A stretch of 64,000 nucleotides of DNA from an uncultured Gemmataceae bacterium (GCA_963750165.1 CAVVPN010000003.1:1024001-1088000), one strand, 5' to 3'. Shown: positions 31,595 through 44,117, numbered from the stretch's first letter. Translations and numbers: made by a program. Notes: generated from the letters alone by a model not told the origin.

Positions 31595-34356
31595 ATGATG
31601 AAACGCCGGCCTGGCTTTTTCGCTCCCACCCTGGAAACGCTCGAGGACCGCGTCACGCCTTCGTCCGCACCTCTGGTCTCGGAGTCCTTCGACACCACCG
31701 CCCTGGGCGCGTTGCCCGCGGGCTGGTCGCAGTGGCAGAACGCAGGCGGCCCGCAATTCGCGGTCGATAACCAGTACGCCCTCAGCCCCAGCCAGGGCCT
31801 GAGTTCGACGGCCACCATCTCCTGGGCGTCCGCCCGCGCCTGGGTCAACCAGTCCTTCAGCCCGAACATCGAGGTCAGCGCCGCGGTGTACACCAACAGC
31901 GCCATCCCGGTGCAGCTCCTGGCCCGCGGCTCGAATCTGAACACCGGCAACGGCAGTTATTACGCCCTGTCGGTCAAGGAAGGGCTGGAGGTCAAGCTGC
32001 AAACCGTCGTGGGCGGGACCACGACCACCATCGGTCTCGTGCAATCGAAATACTACCTGAGCAACCAGTGGGTGCGGGCCACGTTCAACCTCCTGGGCAG
32101 CACCCTGCGGGCACAGATTGTCCGCCTCGACACCAATCAGTACCTGGCCGCCGACGGCAGCTGGCAGGCGGCGCCCACCTGGGCGCTGACGGTCAACGAC
32201 ACGACGCTCACCGGCAACTACGTGGGCCTGGCCCGGCCCGGCAGCTACGCCGGCTCCTGGTACGCGGACGACTTCCAGGTGTACACCGCTGCCGGCGACG
32301 AGGTGCCGCCCAGCATCACGCTGTCGCCGCCGGCGGCCCCGCTGACCGGCGTCGTTCCGCTGACCGCGACCGTCACCGACAACAGTGGCGTGACGCGCGT
32401 GGAGTTCTACGTCGATGGCGGCCTGCGCGCCACCGACACCGCCGCCCCGTACACCTTCCCCTTCGACTCCAGCACCGCCGTCAACGGCACCCACACCCTG
32501 ACCGTGAAGGCGTACGACGTGGCCGGCAACATCGGCACCCTCAACCTGACCGTGCAGACGCTCAACGCCAACTCGCTGGAGGTTCCGGCCATCTCGTCCA
32601 ACTTCAGCCACATCCAGGTGGCCCAGTTGATCTACTCGCCGAGCCAGCTGGACGCGGCCGGCACCAGCATCTTGCAGAACGACACGGACCTGGTCGTCAC
32701 CGACAGCACCGCGCTGAGCCAGCAGGTCCACGCTGTCGCGCCCAACGTCACGCAGCTGCTCTACACCAATGTCTCGACGCTGTACCAGTCCTCGCTGACG
32801 AGCTGGCTGACCTACGCGCGGGCCAACGGCATTTCGGAGGAGGGCGCCTTCCTGCACGTGACGACGCCCACGCCGTTCACCGGCAACAGCCCGTCGTCGC
32901 AGCCGGTCAGCTGGTTCTGGGGCGTGTATCTGGGCAGCACCCAGCCGACCCAGGGAACCTTCTCGGACCAGACCCTGGCGGCGCACGGCGCCGGCTCGCC
33001 GTTCAGCTTCGGCGCCGCGGGGCAGTCCGTGTACATCGGCTACCTGGAGTTGTTCCGCGAGATCGACCTGACACTGACGCTCGGAGCGGCCTACGGCTGG
33101 TCGGGGCGCTGGAGTATCCCACCGCCGTGGACGCCAACGGCAACCCAACGCAGTGGGCCCGCCTGACGACGCTGACGGACACCACGGGCGGTCTGCTGCA
33201 CTCGGGCCAGATCACCTTCGACCCGCCCGCCAACTGGAAGGCAGCATCGATCAACGGTTCGGCGCCGATGTACTTCGTCCGCATCCGCACCGCGACCTCG
33301 GGCCGGGCGCCGGTGGCGTCCAGCATCCTGGGCAACGACTACCTGAACACAAACGGCACCACTTCCGGCGTGATCCCCGTCTTCGACTACGCGGCGGACA
33401 CGAACCACGACGGCTACCTGGACAACGCCGAGTGGGCCAACCGTGCCCCGGGCGACAACGCCCGCTTCGCCTACCAGAGCCGGTCGTTCTACAGCAACTA
33501 CGGCCAGATGCGCTTCGCCACCAACCCGAGCAACGCCAGCTTCCAGACCTGGATGGTGCAATACATGCAGCAACTGCTGCAAAGTGCGCCGTTCTCGGAC
33601 GGCCTGTTCATCGACAATTCCAACACCCCGCCGCCGCTGCCGGGCAATAACATCCTGGAGTCGCTGGCGAACTACGGCACGGACTACGCCACGCTGCTGA
33701 ACAAGATCGCCGTGGCCCTCGGCCCGACGAAGTTGGTGATGCCCAACACCTACACGCCGGGAGTGATTCAGCAAACGGCCGGCTTTTTTGAGGAAGTGGC
33801 CCTGAAACCGCTGGCCCACACCTACGACCAGTTCGAGTCGGTGGCCGGCAAGATTGCCACCTGGGAGGCGTCGCGGTCGCCGGCGCCGCTGGCGGTGCTG
33901 GACATGGACGCCAGCGGCGGTTCGCCAACCGACCCGCGCACCGAGATGGCGGGGCTGGCGTACTACTACCTGCTGGCCGACCCGCAGAACACGTTCATCG
34001 ACCCCTTCGGCGGCGACGAACCCGGCAGCGATCTGACGCGGCACTGGTTCAACGCCCTGACCTTCAACGTCGGCCAGCCGGTCGGCCCCTGGTCGATGTT
34101 GCTGCAGGGGACGGACCCCAGCAACTCGGCGTTCACGTACCGGGTGTATCAGCGGACGTACACGAACGCACTGGTGCTGTTCAAGCCACTGTCCGAGAAC
34201 AGCAGCGGCGCCGCGGGGACGATCGCGGACAACACAGCCACCACCATTCAGCTGAACGGGAGCTATCGCCTGCTGAACGTGGATGGATCGCTCGGCGGCG
34301 TCATCACCAGTGTGTCGCTGCGCAACGGCGAGGGGGCGATTCTGGTCAAGGCGTGA
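31595..34356 (+). CDS. Planctomycete extracellular protein: beta-sandwich, Ig-like (Big) domain and putative glycoside-hydrolase-like domain (frameshift near 33105)
   Basis: PTLETLEDRVTPS leader motif; VTDNSGVTRVEFYVDG...AYDVAGN Big domain; DGLFIDN and LAYYYLLADP...FNVGQP C-terminal region resembling hypothetical GH family GHL15. Confidence 0.75.
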
Positions 34357-34403
34357 GGCCCGGGCAGGGGCACGAACCAAGCACATCAAACGCCGGAGGG
34401 CCG

Positions 34404-35264
34404 ATGTCGGGTAAACCGTTTGACGTGACCTTGAAGGATTTGGTGGAGGACTACCTGACGGCCTGGCCGGCGGTACTCGGGCCGTGGCCGGTTCAGCAGG
34501 TGACGCTGATCGACGCGGACGTTTCGACGGTGACCGCGGCGGCGGATAAGGCGCTGCGAAGGGCCGTCGGCCCCGTGGCTGCTGCACCTGGAGGCGCAGA
34601 CGGACCACGACCTCGGTCTGCCGGGGCGCGGCCACCTGTACGCGACGCTGCTGCATCACCGGCACCAGCTGCCGGTGCGCTCGGCCTTCCTGCTGCTGCG
34701 CCGCGAAGCCAACGCCAGCAACCTGACGGGCACGTACCAGCTGCAGCACCCCGACGACGCGGCGCCGTACCTGGTGTTTCGCTATCACGTGGTCCGGGTC
34801 TGAGAACTGCCGCTGGCGCCGCTGCTGGCCGGACCGGTGGGCACACTGCCGCTGGCGCCGCTGACCGACGCGGCGGCGGTGGACCTGCCGGCGGTGGTGG
34901 AGCGTATCGACGAGCGGTTGCGCCAGGAGCTGGCGCCGGCCGCGGCCGAAAAGTTGCGCGCCGCCATGTTCATGCTCATGGGCTTGCGTTATTCTGAGGA
35001 AGAGACGCAGCCGCTTTACGAGAGGTTGATGGCCATGATTGATCTGAGCAAATCTTCGACGTTTCAAATGGTGCTGGCAGAGGGCGCCCTGACCAACGAG
35101 AAGCGAGTGCTTTTGCTCCAGGGCGCAAGCGCTTCGGCGAACCGGACGCGGCTACCGTCGCGGCCATCCAGGCAATTACTCGTATTGAGGAATTGGACCC
35201 CTTGATGGAGCGCGTGCTGGAGGTCGGCAGCTGGCAGGAGTTGTTGACGCCAGCCTCGACTTGA
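34404..35264 (+). pseudogene. Rpn-like PD-(D/E)xK nuclease/putative transposase with DUF4351-like tail, disrupted
   Basis: KPFDVTLKDL, ADKAL...LLHLEAQT, LPLAPL, SSTFQ and KRFG motifs; frameshifts near 34560 and 35125 and an in-frame TGA at 34801 (VVRV*E, where Trp is expected). Confidence 0.7.
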
Positions 35265-35333
35265 AGCGCGGCGTCGATCCGGCATCCCATCGCGTCTCCA
35301 ATTTTTGCATCACCCCAGGCCGACGAGTTGCAC

Positions 35334-35690
35334 ATGAACTTGTTTCTCTTGTTGGACCTTCTATACGCTGAGGAACTGACGCAGTCGCAGTACCAGAAAC
35401 TGGCTGCCATGTTACGAAATTCCTCGACGTTTCAACTGATCCTTGCGAAAGGCCGTGCCGAAGCCGCTCTGGCCGGTGAGAAGCGTTTCCTCCTGATTCA
35501 GGGACGCAAGCGCTTCGGCGAACCGGACGCGGCTACCGTCGCGGCCATTGAAGCAATCACTAGCGTCGAAGAATTGGATGCCCTGGCAGAGCGCTTATTG
35601 GAGGTCGGCAGCTGGCAGGAATGGTTAGCACCGCTCGCGCCTGCTGACCCCGTTTACGTTTCGCGTAGGCAGAGTCCGCGCGAAACGTAA
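35334..35690 (+). CDS. Stand-alone duplicate of the Rpn C-terminal DUF4351-like module
   Basis: SSTFQL...QGRKRFGEPDAATVAAI...LLEVGSWQE; shares a 44-bp identical stretch with the upstream gene; alternative start ATG 35409. Confidence 0.65.
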   Translation: MNLFLLLDLLYAEELTQSQYQKLAAMLRNSSTFQLILAKGRAEAALAGEKRFLLIQGRKRFGEPDAATVAAIEAITSVEELDALAERLLEVGSWQEWLAPLAPADPVYVSRRQSPRET

Positions 35691-35694
35691 ACGG
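35650..35694. repeat. 16-bp inverted repeat hairpin
   Basis: CCGTTTACGTTTCGCG / CGCGAAACGTAAACGG near the junction of convergent genes. Confidence 0.7.
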
Positions 35695-35727
35695 CGGCAG
35701 CGGAGCACGAGCGTCAGAAAAATCAAG

Positions 35728-38697
35728 TCACTTCTTCATCGGCAGCGGCACCTGCCCCGGCCCCGCCAGGTAGGCGATCAAGTCGCGCACCTCCGTCTCC
35801 GACATCTGTGCCAGTTGCCCCTCGGGCATCATGGACAGCGTCGTTTTCTTGCGACTCTCGACATCCGTTTTAGCGAGGTTGATGCGTTCGTTCGGCGTCT
35901 GCACGGTCAGGGTCTGTTCACTCTCGCGGGCGATGATGCCGCTGATGACGCGGCCCTCGGTCGTGGTGAGGATGGTCACCTGGAAGTCGCGCGGCACCGC
36001 GAAATTCGGGTCGAGCAACTTGGACAGCAGGTACTCGGGGTTGCTGCGCTGGCCGCCGGTCAGCTCGGGACCGATGCGGCCGCCCTCGCCGAACAGGGCG
36101 TGACAGGCGGCGCAGGTTCGCGTGAAGAGCAGTCGGCCGTGCGACCGATCCGCCTTCGCCAGGTCCGCCGGCGTCACCAGCGCTTTGTACTTCGCCAGCA
36201 ATTTGCCCTTGTCGCCCTTGCCGGACTGGACCGTGCCCCAGACGGCGTTGAGTTGCGTCAGCAGCTGCTTGTCGTTCAGGCTCGCGATCTGCCGGGCGGT
36301 GAACGCCGACACGTCGCGCGCGGCACCTTGTTCTTTTTCAGCGCCTCCAGCAGCGCGCGGGCGTAGGCGGCCCGCGACGCCAGCGTGGTGACCGCGTCCG
36401 CCTTCTCGGCGGCCGTGAGTTTGGGGTACAGGTTGAGGATCAATTGCGGCGTCTTCGGGTCGTTGACGGCGGCCAGGCCGCGCAGCGCCGGGCCGCGCAT
36501 CTTGACATCCGCCAGCAGTTCGCGCAGCAGTTCCGGCAGCCCGGCGCCCGCACCTCGATCAGCGTCCGCAGGGCGGTCTGGCGCGAGCGCTCGTCCTGTT
36601 TGCCGTCGGCGGCGTACTGCCGCAGCGCCGCCAGCGCTTCCTTATCCGCGAACACGCCGGACAGGACGAGCGACAGCTCGCGCACCTCGGCGTTGGCACT
36701 GGCCGTGAGTTTTTTGCGCACCGCCGCCCACCCCGCGGGCGGCTTCAGGTTGCGCCGCCCCTGTAGCGCCGCGTGCATGCCGCGCAGGATGTCGGCCTTC
36801 ACCACCTCCTCATCGGTGCGGTTGAACAACCGCACCAGCAGTTCCAGCGGGTCGCTGGACGCCGCCGCGGTGAGGCGGCGGGCGATGTACTCGCGCGTCA
36901 GTGGGATGCGCGACTTCAGCAATAGACCGCCCGCTCGCTCCGGGTCCGCCGGCACCAGCGGTTCCACGCCGTACCAGATCATCAGCGGCAAATAGGCATC
37001 CGTCGCGTCCTTCTCGTGCCCCATCAGCCCGTTCGCGATCGACCAGCGCTGCGCCAGCGGCAGCCGCTGCAAACCCGACGCCAGGGCCAGGCGCACCGCT
37101 GGTGAACCATCCTTGCGAGCCAGTTCGCCCAACCGTTTCGCCAGCGCCGGCGACGCCTTGCGGTTCTCCAGGGCCAGGCGCACCGTCCAGAGCCGCACCG
37201 TCTCCTCGGGGCTTTCGAGCAACCTGAGCCGTGCTGGTTCATCCAGCGCCCCAATGCTGTGCAGCGCCCACAGCGCCCGCAACTGCCGTGTCACGTCGGT
37301 CTGCTCGGCCAGCATTTTCCGCAGCGCCGGCACCACGTCCTTGCCGAGCTTCCCCGCCGCCGCACGCTCCTGCAAATTGCGCCGCGCCTGCCGCACCCAC
37401 CAGTCGTTCGGGTGCAGTTGCAGTTTGACCAACTCCGCGTCGCTGAGCTTCGCCACGTCCACCGCCTGCCGCTTCGGCGCGCCGAAGGTGATCTTGTAAA
37501 TGCGGCCGTATTTCGAGGTGCGCGTGTAGCTATGGCACTCGCCGGTGTCGCACCAGTCCGCGAGGAAGACGCCGCCGTCCGGGCCGCTCAGCAGCACCAG
37601 GCCGCGGAACCACGGATCGTTGGCAAACAGAAAATCCTTGCCGTGCTTGCCGACGTAGCCGGAACCGTGCCGCTCCAGAATGTCCTGGTTGACGCGGTTG
37701 CCGTGGATGTTGCACATAAAAATGTGGTTGCGATATTCGGCCGGCCAGTTGTCGCCCTGGTAGATCAGCGCTCCGGTGTGGGCGTGACCGCCGCCCGGTT
37801 CGTCATGCACTCCCTTGCCGCCGCGCGAGTCCGTCCAGCTGCCGCCGCCCCAGTGGATGTGGTCGGCGATGCTCTCGATCAGGCCGTAACTGTGCGGGTG
37901 GCGGTCCTGCCCGTACATGCGCACGAAGCGCGCCCCCGGCACCACATGAAACAGGTGCTTGATGACGCAGTTGGTGATGAACATCTCGCCGTAAGCGTCG
38001 AAGTCCAGGCCCCACGGATTCGTGGTGCCGTCCGCCACCACTTCAAAGACCTTTTTGGTCGGATGATAGCGCCAGACGCCGCAGTTGAAGCGCACACGCT
38101 CGGCGTCGGCCGCGCCGGGCCGGCCAACGTTAGAGTTCGACAGGATGCCATTGCAGCCGTACAGCCAGCCGTCCGGGCCCCAGACGAGGGTGTTGAAGAC
38201 GTTGTGGCTGGCGTTGCGGTCCCAGCCGTCGAGCACCACTTGCGGCGGCCCTGCCGGCGCGTCGCTGCCGGGCTTGATCGGAATGAACAGCAGATTCGGC
38301 GTCGCACACAGCCAGACGCCGCCGAAGCCGAGCGTGATGCCGGACAGGTTCTTGCCCTGGTCCCAGAAGACGGTCACCTTGTCGAACTTGCCCGTCCCCT
38401 TCGTGTCCTCGAAGATCAGGACGCGGTCGTGGCCGGGGGCGAATTCCTTCTTCTTCGCCTCCTTGACCCACTCGGGATAGGAGTGCGACTCGACGACCCA
38501 GAGGCGGCCGCGGTCGTCGAGCGTCATGGCGATGGGCAGCACCACGTCCGGCTCGCTGGCGACCAGGCGGACGCGAAAGCCCTCCGGCAGCTTCATGGCG
38601 GCCGCGGCTTTCTCCGGCGGCAGCGGGGCGTTTTGCGCCCGGCCGGCGGTACGAGGGCCAGACTCAACAGAAACAGCAGGAATGTGCGCTTCGCCAT
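35728..38697 (-). CDS. PVC-type heme-binding CxxCH protein (membrane-bound dehydrogenase beta-propeller, HEAT repeats, cytochrome c); frameshifts near 38640, 36540 and 36320
   Basis: LPEGFRVRLVASEP, WGPDGWLY, GTTNPWG, CAACH, IGPELTG and SMMPEG motifs; signal peptide MAKRTFLLFLL in the adjacent frame. Confidence 0.9.
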
Positions 38698-38791
38698 GAT
38701 TACGCCCCGAAAAACGGCGGGCGGCGTGGCGTCGGGCCGTGCCCGGGAACGCCACGCCGCCCGCGGAAAAAACTCGTCCAACCTGGCGACC

Positions 38792-39019
38792 TCAGTTCGC
38801 CAGCACGCGGCCTTCCGCGTCGGTGAAGTTACCCATCAGGATCGTGATGAAATCAATCAGGTTCCAGATCCCCAGACCGCCACAGGTGAAAATCTGTGCG
38901 ATGGCGCTGCCGGTCTTGCCCACGTAAAACCGATGAGCGCCGACAAACCCGAGGAAAAAGCTCAGCAGCGCGGCCACCATCTTACTTTTGTCGCTGACCT
39001 CTCCCATGTCTTTACCCAT
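38792..39019 (-). CDS. TM2 domain protein
   Basis: KSKMVAALLSFFLGFVGAHRFYVG...GIWNLID signature. Confidence 0.9.
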   Translation of the reverse strand: MGKDMGEVSDKSKMVAALLSFFLGFVGAHRFYVGKTGSAIAQIFTCGGLGIWNLIDFITILMGNFTDAEGRVLAN

Positions 39020-39303
39020 GATCGCTCCTTGGTGTGGAATGTCGCTGGCGCAGTCGGGAACGTTGCGTCGGTCCGATGCTGGGTTGGTTGGTTGGGCGAC
39101 TGCGCCGCGGCGCCGTTCCACCAACCCGCACACCACCTCCGGGCCGCCACGGGCGACGGTCATTTCACGGAGTTCCCCATTTATACTGGCTGCCGTGGCT
39201 GCTGCAATCTCCAATTCTGTTTTTTTGCCGCCCGGACCGTGCCGGGCGCCCGCGCGGCCTGGCTCCAGTGTGCTGTCGCTGGCGGCCAGGCGGGCCGCCC
39301 GCA

Positions 39304-41690
39304 CTACGGTAGCCCCGCCCACTTGCGGCCGGCCCACTCCAGCGTCAGCAGCCCGACGAACAGCGCCAGCACGACCCACACCAGCGGGGCGTCCTGCCAC
39401 AGCGACTGTTCGCGGCGCTGCTGCCGCGTCTCCACATCGCCGGCCAACCGCTCGATCAGGTCCGCGGCCGTTTCCGGCGTGAACACCGCGCCGCCGCTGG
39501 CGCTGGCCAGTTGCCGCAGCAGTTCCCCGTCCGTGCTCAGGTCGGCCAACTCGCCGCCGTCCGCCGCCAGCACCGTGAAGCCGCCCGCCTTGGCCGCGGC
39601 CGGATCGGTCACCCGGTCCTGCGCGACCGGCACCACCGGCTCCAGGCGGTACGCGCCCGGCGGCAGCGGTCGCAGCGTGGCCTCGAACGCCTGCGGCTGT
39701 TTGCTGTCGCGGCGCAGCTCGATCAGCGTCACGGCCGTTTCCTTGCCGCCGTCCTGCCGATACAGACGCAGACCAACGAAGGCGGCCGGCGGCAGCCGCA
39801 TGCTGTCGTCCAGCAGCCGCAGCAGCACCTTCACCTCCTGATCGGGCCGGTACACCGGGCCCTGGCTGCCGTAGCGGATGAAATCATTGCCGGCCGGCAG
39901 CAATCGCTCCGCCGCCGCCCAGCGCACCAGCTGGCCCCAGAAGCGATGCTGGTACTGCTCTGCCGTCTTGAAGCGCCAGCGCCAGGTGCTGTCCAGGCCC
40001 AGGTACACGACGCGGCCGAAACCGTACTTTTGCTCCACCAGCACGCTTTGCTCCGCGTCCCCGGTGGCCCCGGCCGCATCCTCGACAAGATCGGCGAGGG
40101 CGGTGGCGCCGGGCCGCGGCTTGCCGACGACGGCCCAGAAGTGTTTCGGCAGCTCCGCCCAGCGCTGCGCACTGAGGGCACGGTCGGCGTCCAGTTGCAG
40201 GAAAACCGTCTCCTTGCCGGCCGCAGTCGGTGTGAACGCGAAGCCCTTCTCCGACGTGACGACGCGCGGCTGCTCGACCGGCAACAAGCGCAGCAGCGGT
40301 TCCTCGGCGTCGCGCTCCAGGTATTGCAGCGGCAGCGCCCGCTTGCCGGCGACCAGGACCAGGGTGCCGCCGCGCTCCGCGACGTACCTCTCCAGGCGCC
40401 GCCGCTCCGCGAACGGCAACTGCTCCGGCGTGGCGTCGCCGAGGATGATGCAGTCAAAGTCGAGCAGCGGATCAGTAGCCGTCTTGCCGTTGGGCAGGGC
40501 CGGCAGTGTCAGCGCGGGCAGGCGCGCCGCCTTCAACGCCGGTCCCTCCAGCAGGCCGATGCGCGGCTGCGCGAAGACGACGTGATCGAGCTTCACCGCC
40601 GGGTCGCGGCCCAGGGCGTTGGCCAGATACTGCTGCTCCCAGCCCGCCTCGCCGCCGACCAGCAGCACGCGCGCCTTATCCTCCGTCACGCGCACCGTCA
40701 CCATGCGGCGGTTGTTCGCGCGGGTGATTTCGCGCTGGCCGGGCGCGGTCGTCCGCACCTGCACCTGCAACGGTTGCACTCTCACCTGCGTCAGCTTGAC
40801 CGGGAAATTCACGGAGTAGGTGCGGTCACCGCCATCGTGGCGCAGCCGCTGGACGTGCTCCGGTCCCTCAACCTTGCCGTCTCGCAACAGCTCGACGACC
40901 AGTTCCTGAGCCGGCAAGCCGGTGACACGGACGCGCGCCCGCACCTCGGCGTCGGCGTCCTTGAAGACGTTGGCCGGCGCCTGCACGTCGATCAGCGCCA
41001 CGTCCGGCGGCGGCCGGCGGGTGCCCAGGACGATGGGGAAAATCGGCACGCCGCGGCCGCCGAGGGCCAGCGCTAAATCGCCGGGCGGCTCGCCCCAGGT
41101 GTGCCGGCCGTCCGTCAGCAGGACGACGCCGAGCGCCCGCCGCGACTGCGCCCGGAGCGCTCCAGCGCTCGCGCCAGCGGCGCCCGCAGGTTCGTGACCG
41201 TCCCGGCCGCCGCGGGTCGAAACAACGCATCGACGGCATCCAGGCCCACGTCCCAGCTATCCTTGTCGAAGCCGATCAGGTGGACGTGATGCTTCTCCCG
41301 CAACCGCGACAGCAACTCCTGTTCGCTGAGGATGCGCCGGGCCGCCTCGGTGCGCGTCACGTCCGGGTCGGCGAAGTCCATGCTGGCGGAGCGGTCCACG
41401 GCGACGAGCACGTAACCCGGCAGCTCCTCCGTCGTCGTCTGCACCAGCACTGGTTGCAGCGCCAGCAGGAACCACGCCAGCGCCACCACCTGCAGCCGCA
41501 GCGTCAGCAGGCTGGCGGCGGCCCGGCGGCGCAGCGCACGCAACTCGCGCCGGTACAGTCCGACCATCAGCAACAGCGGCACCAGGCCGGCGAGCGCGAG
41601 CAGGCCCCACTGCCACGGCGCCGCCAGGTCGCCCCAGCGCGGTGTTAGCAGCAGCTGCGAATCGGAACCAGGTACATCAATGTTCCACAT
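39304..41690 (-). CDS. Membrane protein with vWA and GATase-like domains (frameshift near 41140)
   Basis: AVDRSASM (DxSxS), LLTDG, DCIILGD, DSTWRWR and C-terminal EWAGRKWAGL motifs. Confidence 0.85.
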
Positions 41691-44091
41691 GGCGTTCCCG
41701 GGACAGCGCCAGGCGGCGCGTCAGCCACAGTTCAGCACACAGCAGCAGCAACACGACCAGCAGACACAGCCACCACAGTTCCAGCGGCCGCGCCGATTCC
41801 GCGTCGCCGGGCCGCGGCAGGTCGTCCGCGTAGCGCAGCGGCAGCAGCGCGGCGACGCGGTGGCGGTCGGCGTCACTGCACGGCGTCAGGTCGAATTCGC
41901 GCGGATCGGTCGGCACCACGGCGAAGCGCGGCTGGCCGTCCGGGCCGCTCCAGGTGTAGACGCCGGGCTCGGCGGCGGCTTCGTAGGCCAGCGCTAACCG
42001 CTCCAGTTTCAGCGGCTGGTCCGGGTGCTCCGCCGGCCACGCGGTCAGCGTGCGCGGGCCGTGGCCGTTGGGGGCGAGCGTCACCGGCAGGCGCATGGTC
42101 AGCGTCGCGGCGTGGCCAGTGTGGGACACGGTGCGGCGTTCCAGCAGCGGCCCGCCCGACTGCCGCAACTCCGCGACGACATCCCCGGGCGGCAACCCCG
42201 TGACGGCAAAGCGGCCCTCCAGCACCGCATCAACCGGGCCCGGTTTTTCCTGACCGGGCAGGCGCAGCGTCGGCAGCGCGAAGGGCGACCCGTCGAGCCG
42301 GCAGCGCAGCACCTGTCCGGTTTGCACGTCGCGAGCGTCGGCCAGGTAAAACAGCAGCTCATGGGCCAGCACCGAGAACGCGGACAGCTTCGGCAGGTTG
42401 CCGTCCCAGGCCGCGTCTGTGGGCACCGTACACAGCAGCACGCGGCCGCCCTGCACACGCCGCTCGATCAACAGCGGATCGCCGGTGGTCAGCCGGGCCG
42501 CCACCACGGCCCCGTCGCCGGGCTGCACGCGCCACCACGCCGGAAAGCGGGCGTCGCCGAGGTCGCCGCGGCTCAGGCCGCGGAACAGCGCCAGGGCCGG
42601 GTGTTGCAGGTGCTGCGTCTCCACCGCCGCAGCCAGTTCGGGACGGGTGCGCTCGCCGGCAACGCGGTCGAGCCGGGCCGGCAACCAGCCCTGACCGCCG
42701 CGAAACAACTCGTCGTTGTAAAACGTCCGCTGCCCCTCGACGCGCTGCCCGAGCACCACCAGCACGCCGCCGCCGTCGCGCAGGAAGCGCTCCACCGCCA
42801 GGCGCTGGCTGTCGCCGAGCCGCGGCACGTCGGCGAGCACGAGCACGCGCGGCGCACTGTCAGGCCGGCCCGGGTCGAGTGGGCGCGTCAGCGTGTCCGG
42901 CGTGAACTGTGCCAGCGGCACGACGCGCGGCAGCACCGGCGATGGCCGCTTCGGGTCGCGCAGCTCCGCCAGGGCGCGGTGCCAGAAAAATGTGCTGCCG
43001 CGCGGCGACGGCTCCGCCTCGGCCTCGACGAGCACCACCGGCAGCGCCTCCACCACCTCGACCGCCGCGTCCTGCCGATTGTCGCCCGGCAGCCAGTCCG
43101 CGCCGCCGGGTTCCACAACGACGGTGATGAGGTGCGAGCCCGAGCTGCCGAAGCGGTGCGTGAACGTGAGCGGCACCCGGCCCGCGACGGCCTCGGCCTG
43201 TGGCGGCGTCAGGTCGCGGACGTGTGCGCCATCCACCGCGAGGCGGATGCGGCGCGGCGGTCGGTAGCCATGCGGCCCGGTCACGCTCAGCGTGGTCTGG
43301 AAGGTGATTTCGCGGCCGGGCCAGACGACAGCCGGGCTCGCCCGCAGCGGCGCCAGGGCGTAGTTGGGCGGCGCCGCCGGTCGCTCCACGGCGACGTTGA
43401 CGACCGTGGCGTTCGTGGATTGCAACTGCGGAGCCAGCCTTTCCCAGCGCGCCAGCGTGTCGGCGTCAGTCCAGCCGTGCCGCTGGCCATCGGTCAGGAT
43501 GAGGATGTCGCGCCGCGGGGCCTGGCTTTTTTGCAGCAATTCCTGAGCGTGCCGCACCGCCTCCGGCCAGCGACAACCGTCAGCGGGCGCCGGCAGCTCG
43601 CGCAACCGCTGCCGCACATGATCCAGGTCGCGCGACAGTTCTCCGACCAGTGGCACCAGTCGGTCGCGGACCTGCACCAGCGCCACGCTGTCGCCGGGCT
43701 GCAGTTCGTCGAGCAGGTGCCGCACCTGTGCGCGGGCGTTGTCGTGCGGCGACGGCCGAGCCGGGTCGCCGGCGGCCATGCTCGCCGAGCCGTCGAGGAG
43801 TACGACGACCGCCCGCGCCGGCCGCCCGGCCGCCTCCGCCGGCAGCACACCGAACAACCGCGGCCCCGCCAGCGCCAGCACCACCGCGGCGAGGACGGCC
43901 ATGCGCACCAGCATCAGCAGCAGTTCGTCGAGGAGCAGACGGCGGCGCGTCGTGTGGCCGACTTCCAGGAACTGCATCGCCCCCCAGTCCACGACCTGAT
44001 AACGGCGGCGGTTCAGCAGGTGGATCAGCGGCGGCACTGCCAGGCCAGCCAGGCCGAGCAGCATCCACGCATTGACGAGGCCGAAGGTCAT
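41677..44091 (-). CDS. BatA N-terminal plus vWA domain membrane protein
   Basis: PPLIHLLNRRR...WGAMQFL, LLDGSASM and LTDGQ motifs; true start 44091, since the ORF extension runs into a repeat. Confidence 0.88.
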   Translation of the reverse strand: MTFGLVNAWMLLGLAGLAVPPLIHLLNRRRYQVVDWGAMQFLEVGHTTRRRLLLDELLLMLVRMAVLAAVVLALAGPRLFGVLPAEAAGRPARAVVVLLDGSASMAAGDPARPSPHDNARAQVRHLLDELQPGDSVALVQVRDRLVPLVGELSRDLDHVRQRLRELPAPADGCRWPEAVRHAQELLQKSQAPRRDILILTDGQRHGWTDADTLARWERLAPQLQSTNATVVNVAVERPAAPPNYALAPLRASPAVVWPGREITFQTTLSVTGPHGYRPPRRIRLAVDGAHVRDLTPPQAEAVAGRVPLTFTHRFGSSGSHLITVVVEPGGADWLPGDNRQDAAVEVVEALPVVLVEAEAEPSPRGSTFFWHRALAELRDPKRPSPVLPRVVPLAQFTPDTLTRPLDPGRPDSAPRVLVLADVPRLGDSQRLAVERFLRDGGGVLVVLGQRVEGQRTFYNDELFRGGQGWLPARLDRVAGERTRPELAAAVETQHLQHPALALFRGLSRGDLGDARFPAWWRVQPGDGAVVAARLTTGDPLLIERRVQGGRVLLCTVPTDAAWDGNLPKLSAFSVLAHELLFYLADARDVQTGQVLRCRLDGSPFALPTLRLPGQEKPGPVDAVLEGRFAVTGLPPGDVVAELRQSGGPLLERRTVSHTGHAATLTMRLPVTLAPNGHGPRTLTAWPAEHPDQPLKLERLALAYEAAAEPGVYTWSGPDGQPRFAVVPTDPREFDLTPCSDADRHRVAALLPLRYADDLPRPGDAESARPLELWWLCLLVVLLLLCAELWLTRRLALSRERHVEH

Positions 44092-44117
44092 AACGGCAAA
44101 TGGCTCCAGAGAAGTCA

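Noticed and set aside
35047..35630. Rpn tail duplication as a DGR template/variable repeat pair
   Set aside because: Differences are not confined to adenines, include a 12-bp indel, and no reverse transcriptase is present.
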